Notes under the pieces: model-generated | What the model was told of the DNA's origin: nothing | Seen by the model: only the letters and a program-made list of their open reading frames with translations | Database searches by the model: none | Made by a program: the position numbers and the translations under genes | Part shown: positions 9,843-19,248 of the stretch, piece after piece | Layout of the letters: the number at the start of each line of letters is the position of its first letter | How positions within the stretch are numbered: the first letter of the stretch is position 1 | Source of the DNA: Pirellulales bacterium | GTDB taxonomy: Bacteria; Planctomycetota; Planctomycetia; Pirellulales; JAICIG01 | Assembly: GCA_040901675.1 (NCBI GenBank) | Contig: JBBDYJ010000016.1 | Span: 32,001-96,000, forward strand | DNA: 64,000 bases | Reading direction: 5' to 3'

Positions 9843-11035
9843 GGCCGTTTCTCCACTATCACGAGGATGTGATTGTCGCGAGGGTCGAACTTGGGCAATC
9901 CATTGCCATTATCTTGTAAGGCCTTGCGCGCGATCTGAATACCCACGCCAAACCGCTGGACGAAGCCGAGGTTGCGCATGGCCTCAGCGACGTTGGGATT
10001 GCGGTAATCCGTGATACCCGGTTCACCGAAATTCTGGCGACTGACCTGCCCGTAAGGTCCGCCGGGGTTTTGGATCTCGATCCGGTCACTGAACCAAGTC
10101 AAACGAATCGGAGCGTTTGACGTTTGATAGTCACGGTGCATGACCGCATTACGTAGAAGTTGCTGAATAGCAGTCAAGGGATAATCGGGCTGCTGGATTT
10201 CCGTGGAAGACGTGTGAATATCCGTCGCAATATGGATGTTCGCTTTGACGATCTCATCCAGTTGACGCAACAGGTCGGGCAGAGGGCCGCTGCATTCCCT
10301 TTGGTCGGCAATCGGATCGGCGAGATTCGTCCCTTCGATGCGTAGAAACTGAACGTAGGCGCCGGGCACGTAATCGGTCGGTGACTTGCCAACCGACAGC
10401 AGCCCCACAACGGTGGGTGCATGAGGCGCAGCCGCTACGACAAAGCGCACGGACGCCAACTGCTGCTCGGTCGTACGCTGGTTCTGTTCGAGCACATCCG
10501 TGGCAATGGCGGCAGGCAGGTACAAGCGGCAGAACAAGTCGAGATCGAGGTCATCCAGGCTGGCAGCTTGGATGACGTGCAGATCGAACGGGAGATCGCG
10601 ACCGCGTCTCTTTTCATTTAGTCGCCGTTCCTCCTCCACAGAAGCGGTCGCACGTCGAGGGCCGACGCGAATCCAGACTCGACCGTTGTAGCGGACGGGA
10701 GGCGCATCGGAAGGCTCAACAACAACGACAGCCAGTTCGCACCCAGCCAGATTCCTCTTTCCTACGGCCATCGTTGGCAACGGAAGGATGTTGCCATCCG
10801 ACCGCATATCGGCCAGTTGGCAAAGTAACTCGTCAGTGATTGGAAGATTTGCACAGTCGCCATTGTCGCGGACGCCGATAAACAGAACTCCAGGCTGCCG
10901 ATGGTCGGGCATATCGTTCGCAAAGGCGCAGATTGCCTGACGAATCCTCCCGGTGTCACCAAATGATTCCTTCCGTTCCACACGGTCGGATTCTCGGTCC
11001 AATAACAACGTTTCCAATTCCGCGTCAGTCAACAT
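9839..11035 (-). CDS. Schlafen/AlbA_2 domain + HATPase_c_4 (RecG-C-like) protein
   Basis: N-terminal ESDRVERKE...ICAFAN...GVLFIGVRDNG; C-terminal NAVMHRDY, IEIQNPGG, RNPNVA, VQRFGVGI. Confidence 0.88.
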   Translation of the reverse strand: MLTDAELETLLLDRESDRVERKESFGDTGRIRQAICAFANDMPDHRQPGVLFIGVRDNGDCANLPITDELLCQLADMRSDGNILPLPTMAVGKRNLAGCELAVVVVEPSDAPPVRYNGRVWIRVGPRRATASVEEERRLNEKRRGRDLPFDLHVIQAASLDDLDLDLFCRLYLPAAIATDVLEQNQRTTEQQLASVRFVVAAAPHAPTVVGLLSVGKSPTDYVPGAYVQFLRIEGTNLADPIADQRECSGPLPDLLRQLDEIVKANIHIATDIHTSSTEIQQPDYPLTAIQQLLRNAVMHRDYQTSNAPIRLTWFSDRIEIQNPGGPYGQVSRQNFGEPGITDYRNPNVAEAMRNLGFVQRFGVGIQIARKALQDNGNGLPKFDPRDNHILVIVEKRP

Positions 11036-11072
11036 TTCAAATTACCTCCAAATACGAGGCACCGATCTCACT

Positions 11073-14000
11073 CTACTGGGCCGCGTTTATCGCATCCCGC
11101 GCGCTAATCAAAACGCTGCCTTTCGTCTTTGCTAAGAGCCTGCGGAAGGGATCTTGTATCCGGATCAATCTTGGGTTGGCCGTTGCGCAGTCGTAGACCA
11201 CGTAGAGCCAGTACTCGTCGCGCAGGTTGCAGGCCTTGGCCCACTCGTTGCGCAACACTTCAACCTCCCCCACGCCGGCACGCCCCTTGACCTCGATGCT
11301 GCGCTTTCCTGTGGGCCGCGTTGACCAAAGATCGAAGCCGGGGTGCTCCGGCAACCCGGCGGCCAGTGCCAGGTCCCGCGTGTGAACGTCGGTGACGATG
11401 CCGCCGCTCGATTCCTCGAAGGCCCAGGCCAACGCCATGGCCACGTTTTCCGTTTTGGCCTCGTACTGTTCGCGGTCGGCGGGGTCGCTGGAGGGGACGG
11501 CCAGGGCGTGGGCAATGAAATCGACGCGCTTGGGGCTGATCAACTCCGGCTCGCGCCGCAAAAGCGCGATGGCCTGCTCGCGGCGGTCGGTGAGTTGCCG
11601 CTGCTGATGCTTGATGCGGGCGAGCTCCTTCTGGGCGGCGGCGTTGCCGGCGCGGGCCTTGTCGCTCTGCTTGGCGCGAGCCGCCGCGAGCTCCACTTCC
11701 TGGAAATCGAATCCCCGCCGCACAAAGCTCTCGCGCTCGGCCAGCGTGGAGATCAGGGCGTGCCGGCGCTGGGCGGCCAGTTCTCGGGCGACCCGCTCCA
11801 CCAGGAAGGCCCGCGCCTGCTCCAGCATCCCCTCGGCATTCACGGCCAACCGCTGGGCCATGGCCGGCAGGCCGTGGCCGCCTTTGAGCAGCAAAAGGTG
11901 CTCCACGGGACAGAGGTGGATTTGCGCGCCCTCGTACTGTTTCAGGCCGACCAGCCGGCAATCGAGGATGTCTTCCTGGGCCAGGTCGGGCACGTCGGGA
12001 TCCGCCTGGCGGGCGACGGAGACCAGCGCGAGGTGGAACAGGTAGGGCCTCTCCGCCGCCGGATCGACGAAGACGGCGCCGCGGAGCGCATCGGCGCCAA
12101 GCCGGTCGTTGACCACGGTCCGAAACGCCTCGAACAGCGGCTCGCCGGGATGAACCCAGACAGCTTCAGAAATCAGCCCGCTCACTGGGCGAGCGGGAGC
12201 TGCGTCTCGTGGAGCAACGCGACCACTATCGGGGCGAGTGAACGAGAGGCAGCCGCGCTGCCGCGGCGGGTAGGCATCCAGAACCTGCAACAGCGGATCG
12301 GCGCCGCCGTCCGTGGACCGCAGGCTGAAGCAACCACCCGGATCGCCGGTGAGCTCGATGCCGACCAACGGCGCAGCCCGCTCAAAGAACTGGCGGACGT
12401 AACCGGGGAGCAGCCGCTGGTACATCTCGCGGTCGAGACACTCGCGCAGCCGGGGCAGCTCCCGCGAGACGTCGCCCGCGTGGCCGTACAACGAGCGTTC
12501 CCGCGCCGCCAGATTCTCCACCTGCTCCGCCGTAAGCCGGCCGTCGAGTTCCCGAACGGCCTCGTCGGTAGCGTCTTCGGCGGCCATTTGCATGTATTGC
12601 TTGATGGACACCCCTTCGAAGAGGCGGCCGACACAATCAAAAACCTTGTCGCAGCGCAGCTCTTTGCGGATGCGCTCCAGCTTGTCCAGCAGCGTCTGTA
12701 TGACGCGCCCTTCGCGCGTCTTTGGGGCGACCAGGTTCAGGATGATGACGGGGTCGTGCTTTTGGCCATAGCGGTGGATGCGGCCCATGCGCTGCTCGAG
12801 ACGCGCCGGGTTCCACGGCACGTCGTAGTTGATCATGATCCAGCAGAACTGCAGGTTGATGCCTTCGGCGGCCGCATCGGTGCAGAGCATGAAACGGGCG
12901 CCACCCTGGTCGGCCGACAGCCGGAATCGTTCGACCTGCTGCTGGCGCTCGGTGTAATGCATGCCGCCATGAATTTGGGCGATCTTGCCGGTGTAACCCA
13001 TGCCTTCCAAGCGGCGGACCAGGAAGTCGAGCGTGTCGCGGTGTTCGGTGAAGACGATGAGCTTCTCCTCGCCAAACTTCGGATCGACGAGCACCTCGCG
13101 CAGGCGCTCGAACTTCGATTCCGTACCAGCGTCGTAGACGCGCTTGGCCAGCGTCTGCAACTGCTGAACCTGTTGAAGCTCGATTTGAAGGTCGACCAAC
13201 GATGCCGCGACGACCCCCTCGAGCAAGCGGTCTTCTGCAACCTCGTTCTGCTCCCGGTCGCCTTCGGCCGTCTCTTCATCGGCCGTTGTGCTGTCGAGCA
13301 GGTCGTCTTCGTCGCGCATGCGGCGCTGCATCGTGACGAGCTGTTCAATGGTCAGCTCGCCATCCCGAATCCGCTCGATCAGGCCGTGCAGCTTGTCGAT
13401 TCGGCGCTCAAACGACCGCAGCAAGGCGAACGTGGAGCTGGCAAGACGGCGCTGGAAGACGCTCATCGCCAAGCGGGCGGCCGAACGATTGAGCATTTTG
13501 GCCTTGTTGTAGACGAGCCGCAGGTACTCGGTCGTTTCATCGTAGAGCGCTTGTTCGCTGACCGCGCCCTGGCCGAGATCGTACCCCAGCGTGTCGGAGA
13601 TCCGCTTGGGATAGAGCGGGTTGCCGTCCAGGCGCACCATCTCCTCCTTGGTGCGACGGATGAAGTGCAACTGCCGGCGCTCGCTGGGGTAGTCGGCGAA
13701 GGCCTCGTACGTCGACAGAACCTCGGGTTCGAGCAAGCGCCACAGCGCAAAGTAGGGATAATCCTTGCCCATGTGCGGAGTGGCCGTGAGCAATAACAAG
13801 TGGTGCGCGCTCCACGGCAAGCGCCAGGCCTCGTCGATGCCCTTGACCCCGGCCAGACCTTCGGCGACCTCGTAGCGATCGGTCTTGCGGACATACAGGT
13901 CGGCGCCTCGATTGGCGGACAGCTTGTGGGCCTCGTCAAAAACCACCAGGTCGTACGGCACGACGCTGGGCTCTTTGAGACGGGCGAACACCCGGGGCGT

Positions 14001-14672
14001 GACTAACGTGTCGACGCTGATGATGACGCGGTCGCCCTCTTCGCCCGCAAATGGGTTGGCACTGCGCGCATCCGGGCCGCTGATGACTTGGAAGGGAAGA
14101 CTGAAGAGCTTGGCTAGCTCGCTCTGCCAGTTGCCCACGAGGCCGGCGGGCGCGACAATCAGGACGCGCTTCAGCAGCCTGCGGGAAAGCATCTCGCGGA
14201 TGTACAGGCCGGTCATGATCGTCTTGCCGGCCCCGGCATCGTCAGCGAGCAGGTACCGCAGCCGGTCCTGCTTCAGCATGTGGTCGTAGACGGCGATCCG
14301 CTGATGCGGCAGCGGATCGATCAGCGAGATCTCGGTGGCAAACACCGGGTTCGCCATGTGGCCGAACGTGAGGCGTTCGCCCTCGGCGATCGCCTGGACC
14401 GCAGCGGAGTCGGCGGTAAAGTCGAGAAGCGGCGGAGCCGGCTCGTCGTCGGCGCGCTGTGGTTGCGTCGGCGGCTCAAGGACCAACCGCTCGATTTGTG
14501 CCCAGAAGAGCCGGGAGGGCCTGGTCTGGCCGTTCTCCCAACGGTTGACCGTGGCGAACGAGACGCCGACGCGATCGGCCAGGGCCTGTTGAGTCAGCGC
14601 AAGGCGCCCACGAACCCGCCGGATGCGGTCCGAGTAGTCGTCCGGCACAGGGATGTTGGTGGCGGGGGCCAT
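11073..14672 (-). CDS. XRE-HTH + SNF2/RapA-type helicase + C-terminal DUF3883 nuclease-like domain
   Basis: LTQQALADRVGVSFATVNRWENG (HTH_3), LADDAGAGKT, DEAH, LTATPH, EGINLQ, RLEQRMGRIHRYGQ, C-terminal GFDL..IEVKGR..NEW..YWLYVV. ATG 14672 preferred over GTG 14693. Confidence 0.92.
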   Translation of the reverse strand: MAPATNIPVPDDYSDRIRRVRGRLALTQQALADRVGVSFATVNRWENGQTRPSRLFWAQIERLVLEPPTQPQRADDEPAPPLLDFTADSAAVQAIAEGERLTFGHMANPVFATEISLIDPLPHQRIAVYDHMLKQDRLRYLLADDAGAGKTIMTGLYIREMLSRRLLKRVLIVAPAGLVGNWQSELAKLFSLPFQVISGPDARSANPFAGEEGDRVIISVDTLVTPRVFARLKEPSVVPYDLVVFDEAHKLSANRGADLYVRKTDRYEVAEGLAGVKGIDEAWRLPWSAHHLLLLTATPHMGKDYPYFALWRLLEPEVLSTYEAFADYPSERRQLHFIRRTKEEMVRLDGNPLYPKRISDTLGYDLGQGAVSEQALYDETTEYLRLVYNKAKMLNRSAARLAMSVFQRRLASSTFALLRSFERRIDKLHGLIERIRDGELTIEQLVTMQRRMRDEDDLLDSTTADEETAEGDREQNEVAEDRLLEGVVAASLVDLQIELQQVQQLQTLAKRVYDAGTESKFERLREVLVDPKFGEEKLIVFTEHRDTLDFLVRRLEGMGYTGKIAQIHGGMHYTERQQQVERFRLSADQGGARFMLCTDAAAEGINLQFCWIMINYDVPWNPARLEQRMGRIHRYGQKHDPVIILNLVAPKTREGRVIQTLLDKLERIRKELRCDKVFDCVGRLFEGVSIKQYMQMAAEDATDEAVRELDGRLTAEQVENLAARERSLYGHAGDVSRELPRLRECLDREMYQRLLPGYVRQFFERAAPLVGIELTGDPGGCFSLRSTDGGADPLLQVLDAYPPRQRGCLSFTRPDSGRVAPRDAAPARPVSGLISEAVWVHPGEPLFEAFRTVVNDRLGADALRGAVFVDPAAERPYLFHLALVSVARQADPDVPDLAQEDILDCRLVGLKQYEGAQIHLCPVEHLLLLKGGHGLPAMAQRLAVNAEGMLEQARAFLVERVARELAAQRRHALISTLAERESFVRRGFDFQEVELAAARAKQSDKARAGNAAAQKELARIKHQQRQLTDRREQAIALLRREPELISPKRVDFIAHALAVPSSDPADREQYEAKTENVAMALAWAFEESSGGIVTDVHTRDLALAAGLPEHPGFDLWSTRPTGKRSIEVKGRAGVGEVEVLRNEWAKACNLRDEYWLYVVYDCATANPRLIRIQDPFRRLLAKTKGSVLISARDAINAAQ

Positions 14673-14713
14673 TCGTCGGGCCAGGAGCCCCACGGCGGAT
14701 AAAACCGCTCAAG

Positions 14714-14741
14714 ATCATAGCAACTGTTATATGGAATGCAA
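14714..14741 (-). promoter_or_regulatory. Candidate sigma70 promoter of the defence operon
   Basis: Minus strand reads TTGCAT-16nt-TATGAT with an extended -10 TG, in an AT-rich patch about 40 nt upstream of the helicase ATG. Confidence 0.45.
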
Positions 14742-14890
14742 CAATGTCACGCGAATAATGTTCGAGAGCGGTCTCGCAGGGACGCAAAATCGGACACAAG
14801 CTATTCAAGAACAAGCAGTTGCAACCGCTAGAGAGGCCGCATGGCTGAAAAGGAGGAACCACTCGCGGAGCGAGTGGACCACACTGGAGC

Positions 14891-14912
14891 CGGGCTGGGA
14901 AGCCCACCCTAC
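14891..14912 (-). repeat. GTAG-type REP-like palindrome
   Basis: Minus strand GTAG-GGT-GGGCT-TCCC-AGCCC-G: GTAG tail plus short hairpin. Confidence 0.45.
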
Positions 14913-14948
14913 ATCCCTCCGCTACACCCACTGGCGGAGCGCGGCCAC

Positions 14949-15737
14949 TCATTTTTTGGCGGCCGGGGGCGGGGACCGGGTTAGCAGGGGCTTGAGCTCC
15001 TCGCCGCTCAGCATCTGGGGCGTGGCGTCGTCAAGGATCACGTTGCTGCCGCCGCGAGGGTGATAGCTGAAGCGGGTCCGCTGACCCAGCGGAGCGGGGC
15101 CGCCGGGGATGTAGGCAATGTCCTTGGGCTCGAGCCAGTTAATGCCCGACTCGCACACCTCGACCAATAAGAGCGGGGCGGCCGGCTTGCCCTTGACGGG
15201 TGGCCGGTTGGTGGTGTTGGCCGGCGGCGCGGAGATCAGCCCGGTGGCCGGATCGATCACCGCCAGGTAACTCGTCTGAGAATCGAGCTGACCGGGGTCG
15301 CAGGGGCAGCCGTAGACGAGCGGCATGCGCTCGGCCAGGCGGCGGTTGTTGGGCCCGTCCCAGGCCTCGTCGAACCGATACTCGGCGTGCAGATCCTGCT
15401 CCGGTTTATCCAGGTAGGGCAGCAGCAAGACCCGCCAGGTGTGGGCGGGCCGGCCCTGCGCATCCTTGACGATGGCCGGCGGGTAGACCGAGAAGTCGCC
15501 ATGATACGCGTCCAATGCCAGGACAATCCGTTGCATTTGGGTGGAGCACTCCGCCGCTTCCATTTGGGCCTGGGCCATCCGGGCAAGGTTTCGAAAGAAG
15601 ACGACCAGGCCGCCCGCGCATAGGAAGAAGCAAACGCCCAGGACCAGCAGAATCGCGAAGCCTGACCAGCCGGACGCCGACTTGGGGGCAGGCGCGGTGG
15701 TCTGGGAAGGCGTGGCGGTCGAGGCTTGGGGCTCCAT
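14949..15737 (-). CDS. DUF1559 domain membrane protein
   Basis: TM helix, then CSTQMQRIVLALDAYH...YPPA, HTWRVLLLPYL, Y.FDEAWDGPNN, W.EP.D, HPRGG.NV. Confidence 0.85.
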   Translation of the reverse strand: MEPQASTATPSQTTAPAPKSASGWSGFAILLVLGVCFFLCAGGLVVFFRNLARMAQAQMEAAECSTQMQRIVLALDAYHGDFSVYPPAIVKDAQGRPAHTWRVLLLPYLDKPEQDLHAEYRFDEAWDGPNNRRLAERMPLVYGCPCDPGQLDSQTSYLAVIDPATGLISAPPANTTNRPPVKGKPAAPLLLVEVCESGINWLEPKDIAYIPGGPAPLGQRTRFSYHPRGGSNVILDDATPQMLSGEELKPLLTRSPPPAAKK

Positions 15738-15745
15738 GGAGTGCC

Positions 15746-16408
15746 TCACGTTTTCGGGTCGAGCCTGGCCCTGGCCTGCCGCACGACCTGGACATACTGG
15801 CGGGCCAGGCTCTCGATCCGCCCCATGTCGCCCCGCGCCAGCGCGGCGGGTTCGACCAGCGAGCCGCCGATGCCCAGGGCGCACGCGCCGGCCTCGATAA
15901 ACGCGGCCGCCGTTTCCAGGTTGACGCCGCCCGTGGGGAGCAACCGCACCTGGGGCAGCGGGCCGTGCAAGGCCTTGATGTACGCGGGACCCGCCAGCTC
16001 GGAGGGAAACAACTTGACGATATCCGCGCCGGCCTCCCAGGCGGTGAGCACTTCGGTGGGCGTCAGGGCGCCGGGGAGCACCAGCTTGCCGTAACGGCGG
16101 CACAAACGGATGACGTCCAGGTTGATCGCGGGCGAAACGATGAACTGCGCGCCGGCCAGCAGGGCGACGCGGGCGGTCTCGGGATCGAGCACCGTGCCGG
16201 CACCCAGGAGCAGCTTGTCTCCAAGCTGATCGGCGAGGTGCTCGAGCACCTTGGACGCGTGCGGCACGGTGAAGGTGACCTCCATGACGTCGATGCCGCC
16301 GGCCAGCAGGGCCTGGGCCGCATCGACCAGGCGGCTGCCGTCGGGGGCCCGCAGGATGGCCACGATGCCCGTTTGCAGGAGGCGGGCGAGAGGATCGTTT
16401 TGTCGCAT
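15746..16408 (-). CDS. eda: KDPG/KHG aldolase
   Basis: IVAILR, EVTFTVP, GAGTVLD, FIVSP, PGALTPTE, VKLFP, PTGGVN. Confidence 0.93.
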   Translation of the reverse strand: MRQNDPLARLLQTGIVAILRAPDGSRLVDAAQALLAGGIDVMEVTFTVPHASKVLEHLADQLGDKLLLGAGTVLDPETARVALLAGAQFIVSPAINLDVIRLCRRYGKLVLPGALTPTEVLTAWEAGADIVKLFPSELAGPAYIKALHGPLPQVRLLPTGGVNLETAAAFIEAGACALGIGGSLVEPAALARGDMGRIESLARQYVQVVRQARARLDPKT

Positions 16409-16615
16409 AGGGGCATGTTGGACGAGGGGCCGGGCAAAGTCAACGCGCCGGATATGGCGGTTGCGGCCGGCGGGCGCGGAAGTGCCGCAAGATCCGTAAG
16501 TACAAGCTATAGCGGTTGTTGATGCTGGACTGTGCCGTACCAATGTGCATAATAGCCTTAGCGGTCGGGTCGGCGAGTTTAGGCACTGCACCAGCGCGTC
16601 ACGGCGCGCCGTTTC

Positions 16616-16879
16616 ATGCCAGAATTCCTTGAGAGGGCCGAGGCACAGCTCGTGATCGTGCTGTCGGTGGGAGCTGCGCTTGTCGCGGTGGGTGTTTACG
16701 TTGTGGGGCGGGTGCGCGGCGCGGCCACGCAAAGCGAGCCGCAAGGCCACGAGTTGATGACGAATTTTCGGGAATTGCATTCCCGGGGTCAGCTAACCGA
16801 TGAGGAATACCGAAACATAAAGACGATGCTGGCACCGCGGCTCCCGGGCGAGTTAAAGGATAAGGGCGACGAGGGTTAA
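16616..16879 (+). CDS. Small membrane protein with SHOCT-like C-terminus
   Basis: One TM helix, then FRELHSRGQLTDEEYRNIK. Confidence 0.7.
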   Translation: MPEFLERAEAQLVIVLSVGAALVAVGVYVVGRVRGAATQSEPQGHELMTNFRELHSRGQLTDEEYRNIKTMLAPRLPGELKDKGDEG

Positions 16880-17034
16880 GACGCCTGGGACCGGCACCGC
16901 GGGAGGAACCGGTTCGTTCGGTTTTGACGTTGCCAGACAGGTTCGACGTTGCGAGACAGAACGGCCCGCCGCGCAGCAAGCGGACAAACAGCGGCGGCCT
17001 GGGCAGCGTAGAGGGAAGATACGCGGCGAGGGAC

Positions 17035-17100
17035 CTCGGCGGTGCAGAAACGCGGCGGTGCAGAAAACTCGGCGGTACAGAAACGCGGCGGTACAGAAAC
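17035..17100. repeat. Four tandem 16-17 bp repeats
   Basis: C(T/G)CGGCGGT(G/A)CAGAAA x4. Confidence 0.9.
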
Positions 17101-17150
17101 TTGGTCGGATAGCTCGAAGCGATCGCGGACAAGGATGCCCCCCGGGCCAA

Positions 17151-17206
17151 TCGGCAATGTCTGGTCGGCAATGTCTGGTCGGCAATATCTGGTCGGCAAT
17201 GTCTGG
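17151..17206. repeat. Four tandem 14 bp repeats
   Basis: TCGGCAAT(G/A)TCTGG x4. Confidence 0.92.
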
Positions 17207-17296
17207 CACTGGCCACTCGAGCGACAGCTTTGATTTTATGCCATGCCTGGCCGCCCGCGCGGGCGGCGAGTGCCTGGTGAGGCGAAAGGAGCAAGC

Positions 17297-18583
17297 ATGC
17301 CCCCAAGCAGGGATCCCGGAGGTCGCCGTGGTGGCGGAACCACCAAGAAGAACGCCTTCTGCTCGTTCTGCCGCAAGAGCTATCGGGACGTCGGTCCCTT
17401 GGTCGAGGGTCCCGGCGACGTCTACATCTGCGGCGAGTGCATCGAGCTGTGCCAGTCGATTCTCGAGCAAGAGCGGCGGCGCCGCGGCACGAGCAAGCAG
17501 TTGTTCACCAAGGTGCCTTCGCCTCGCGAGATCGTAGGCCAGCTCGACGAGTACGTCATCGGCCAGGAAACGGCCAAAAAGGTGCTGGCCGTGGCGGTGC
17601 ACACCCACTATAAGCGGCTGATGTTGGGCAACGAAGGCTCGGACGTCGAAATCGACAAGTCGAACATCCTGCTCATCGGGCCCACCGGCTGCGGCAAGAC
17701 GCTGCTGGCCCGCACGCTGGCCCGCATGCTCAACGTGCCGTTTGCCATCGGCGACGCCACCACGCTCACCGAGGCCGGATACGTGGGCGAAGACGTCGAA
17801 AACCTGCTGTTGAAGCTGTTGCACGCGGCCGACTTCGACCTGGAGAGCGCCCAGCGGGGCGTGCTGTACATCGACGAGATCGACAAGATCGGCAAGACCA
17901 GCCAGAACGTGTCGATCACGCGGGACGTGTCGGGCGAGGGGGTCCAGCAGGCCCTGTTGAAGATGCTCGAAGGCACGATGGCCAACGTGCCGCCGCAGGG
18001 AGGCCGCAAGCATCCCGAGCAGCAATACATCCAGATGGACACGAGCAACATCCTGTTCATCTGCGGCGGCACGTTCGTGGGAATCGAGAAGATCATCGCC
18101 AAGCGGTTGGGGCGGCGGACGATCGGCTTCGGCCAGGAGCTGGAGTCGCAATCGGGGGAATCGGAACTTGCGAAGCTGCTGCCCCAGGTGAGCAGCGACG
18201 ACATTCTGGAGTTCGGCCTGATCCCCGAGCTGGTCGGCCGCCTACCCGTGGTTTCCGCCTTGAAGCCGCTGGACACCGACTCGCTGGTGCGGGTGCTGAG
18301 CGAGCCGCGCAACGCCCTGATCCGCCAGTACCAGAAGCTATTCGAGATGGAGAACGCCGAGCTGAACTTTACGGAGGCGGCCCTGCGGGCGGTGGCCGAA
18401 AGGGCCCAGGAAAAAGAAACCGGCGCCCGCGGGCTGCGTTCGATCATTGAAGAGGTGATGCTGGAGATCATGTTCGATCTGCCGGACCAAGGCGCCGGCA
18501 AGAGTTACTTGATCACGCCGGAAGTGGTGGCGGGCCGCGAGCGTTTGTTCCCGCTGCCGGAGCCCAAACACAAAAGCGCGTAA
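17297..18583 (+). CDS. clpX: ATP-dependent Clp protease ATPase subunit ClpX
   Basis: CSFC...ICGECI Zn finger, [35 protein letters not shown] loop; AAAGGAG RBS before ATG 17297. Confidence 0.97.
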   Translation: MPPSRDPGGRRGGGTTKKNAFCSFCRKSYRDVGPLVEGPGDVYICGECIELCQSILEQERRRRGTSKQLFTKVPSPREIVGQLDEYVIGQETAKKVLAVAVHTHYKRLMLGNEGSDVEIDKSNILLIGPTGCGKTLLARTLARMLNVPFAIGDATTLTEAGYVGEDVENLLLKLLHAADFDLESAQRGVLYIDEIDKIGKTSQNVSITRDVSGEGVQQALLKMLEGTMANVPPQGGRKHPEQQYIQMDTSNILFICGGTFVGIEKIIAKRLGRRTIGFGQELESQSGESELAKLLPQVSSDDILEFGLIPELVGRLPVVSALKPLDTDSLVRVLSEPRNALIRQYQKLFEMENAELNFTEAALRAVAERAQEKETGARGLRSIIEEVMLEIMFDLPDQGAGKSYLITPEVVAGRERLFPLPEPKHKSA

Positions 18584-18647
18584 CGTTCAAGCCCATCGCC
18601 GCGCCTAGGGCGCGCCGGTGGGGGTCCAGTTCGCGCTTGCCCCAGCG

Positions 18648-18694
18648 AAACGAGCCCGGGATCGGCCAAGGCCGGTCGCGGGCTCGTTTTTTTT
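18648..18694 (+). terminator. Intrinsic terminator after clpX
   Basis: AAACGAGCCCG...CGGGCTCG followed by a T8 run. Confidence 0.85.
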
Positions 18695-18875
18695 GCGGCC
18701 CGCCAGTGATAGCTGCCAGCGTGATAGCTGCTGGCTGACAGCAGTTGCCGGCCGGATTTTTCGGGGAATTATCGCCAGCCGGATGCGATTGCGCGCATAG
18801 GGATCTTTTGGAGAGCCGCCATGGCGGCGGCCGGAGAACTCACTTGCGGGGCGTCGGCGACGGCGTCCGGGAGGG

Positions 18876-19178
18876 TTGCAAATGGACCAATTTCGTGGCC
18901 GCGCCGTGCGCCTCTGGATCGTCTGGTACGAGGGAGCCGATCCGACCGACTGGCGCCAGATCCCGCCGGGTGCGATCGCCCAGTGCGAGGCCTTCGATCG
19001 ATGGTTCGACCTGGCAGAGGCGGCCCAGCTTGTCGAAGGCTTCAACAAGGAGATGCTGTCGCATCCCAATCAGCGCTGGCTGGTGGCGCTGTGGGTCGCC
19101 TTAGCGTCCAGCGGGGACTTCGAGGCGGGCGAGCCGGTGGAGGGGCGGGCCATCGACTTCGGCGGCTGGCCCGCCTAG
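18876..19178 (+). CDS. Hypothetical protein (100 aa)
   Basis: GGAGG upstream, GC3-biased codons, fills the gap between clpX and the convergent aminotransferase. Confidence 0.6.
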   Translation: MQMDQFRGRAVRLWIVWYEGADPTDWRQIPPGAIAQCEAFDRWFDLAEAAQLVEGFNKEMLSHPNQRWLVALWVALASSGDFEAGEPVEGRAIDFGGWPA

Positions 19179-19248
19179 CGATGTGGGACGCGCCCCTGCT
19201 GTGTCCTGCTGGCTAGCCCGCTCTGCCGGCTGCGCGCTCTGGCGTGCT

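Noticed and set aside
11343..13796. Long antisense ORFs (817 aa here; also 37719-39953, 44127-46229, 52127-54076 and others)
   Set aside because: They are shadows of well-supported genes on the opposite strand, expected in high-GC DNA, and show no motifs
14762..14830. GGGACGCAAA suggests a c-di-GMP-I riboswitch
   Set aside because: The upstream GGCAAA/GNRA stem and downstream P3 elements are not present
14700..14948. tRNA, att site or integrase at the defence island boundary
   Set aside because: No cloverleaf, T-loop consensus or recombinase ORF was recognised
17035..17206. Possible CRISPR array
   Set aside because: Units are 14-17 bp, directly tandem without unique spacers, and no cas genes are present
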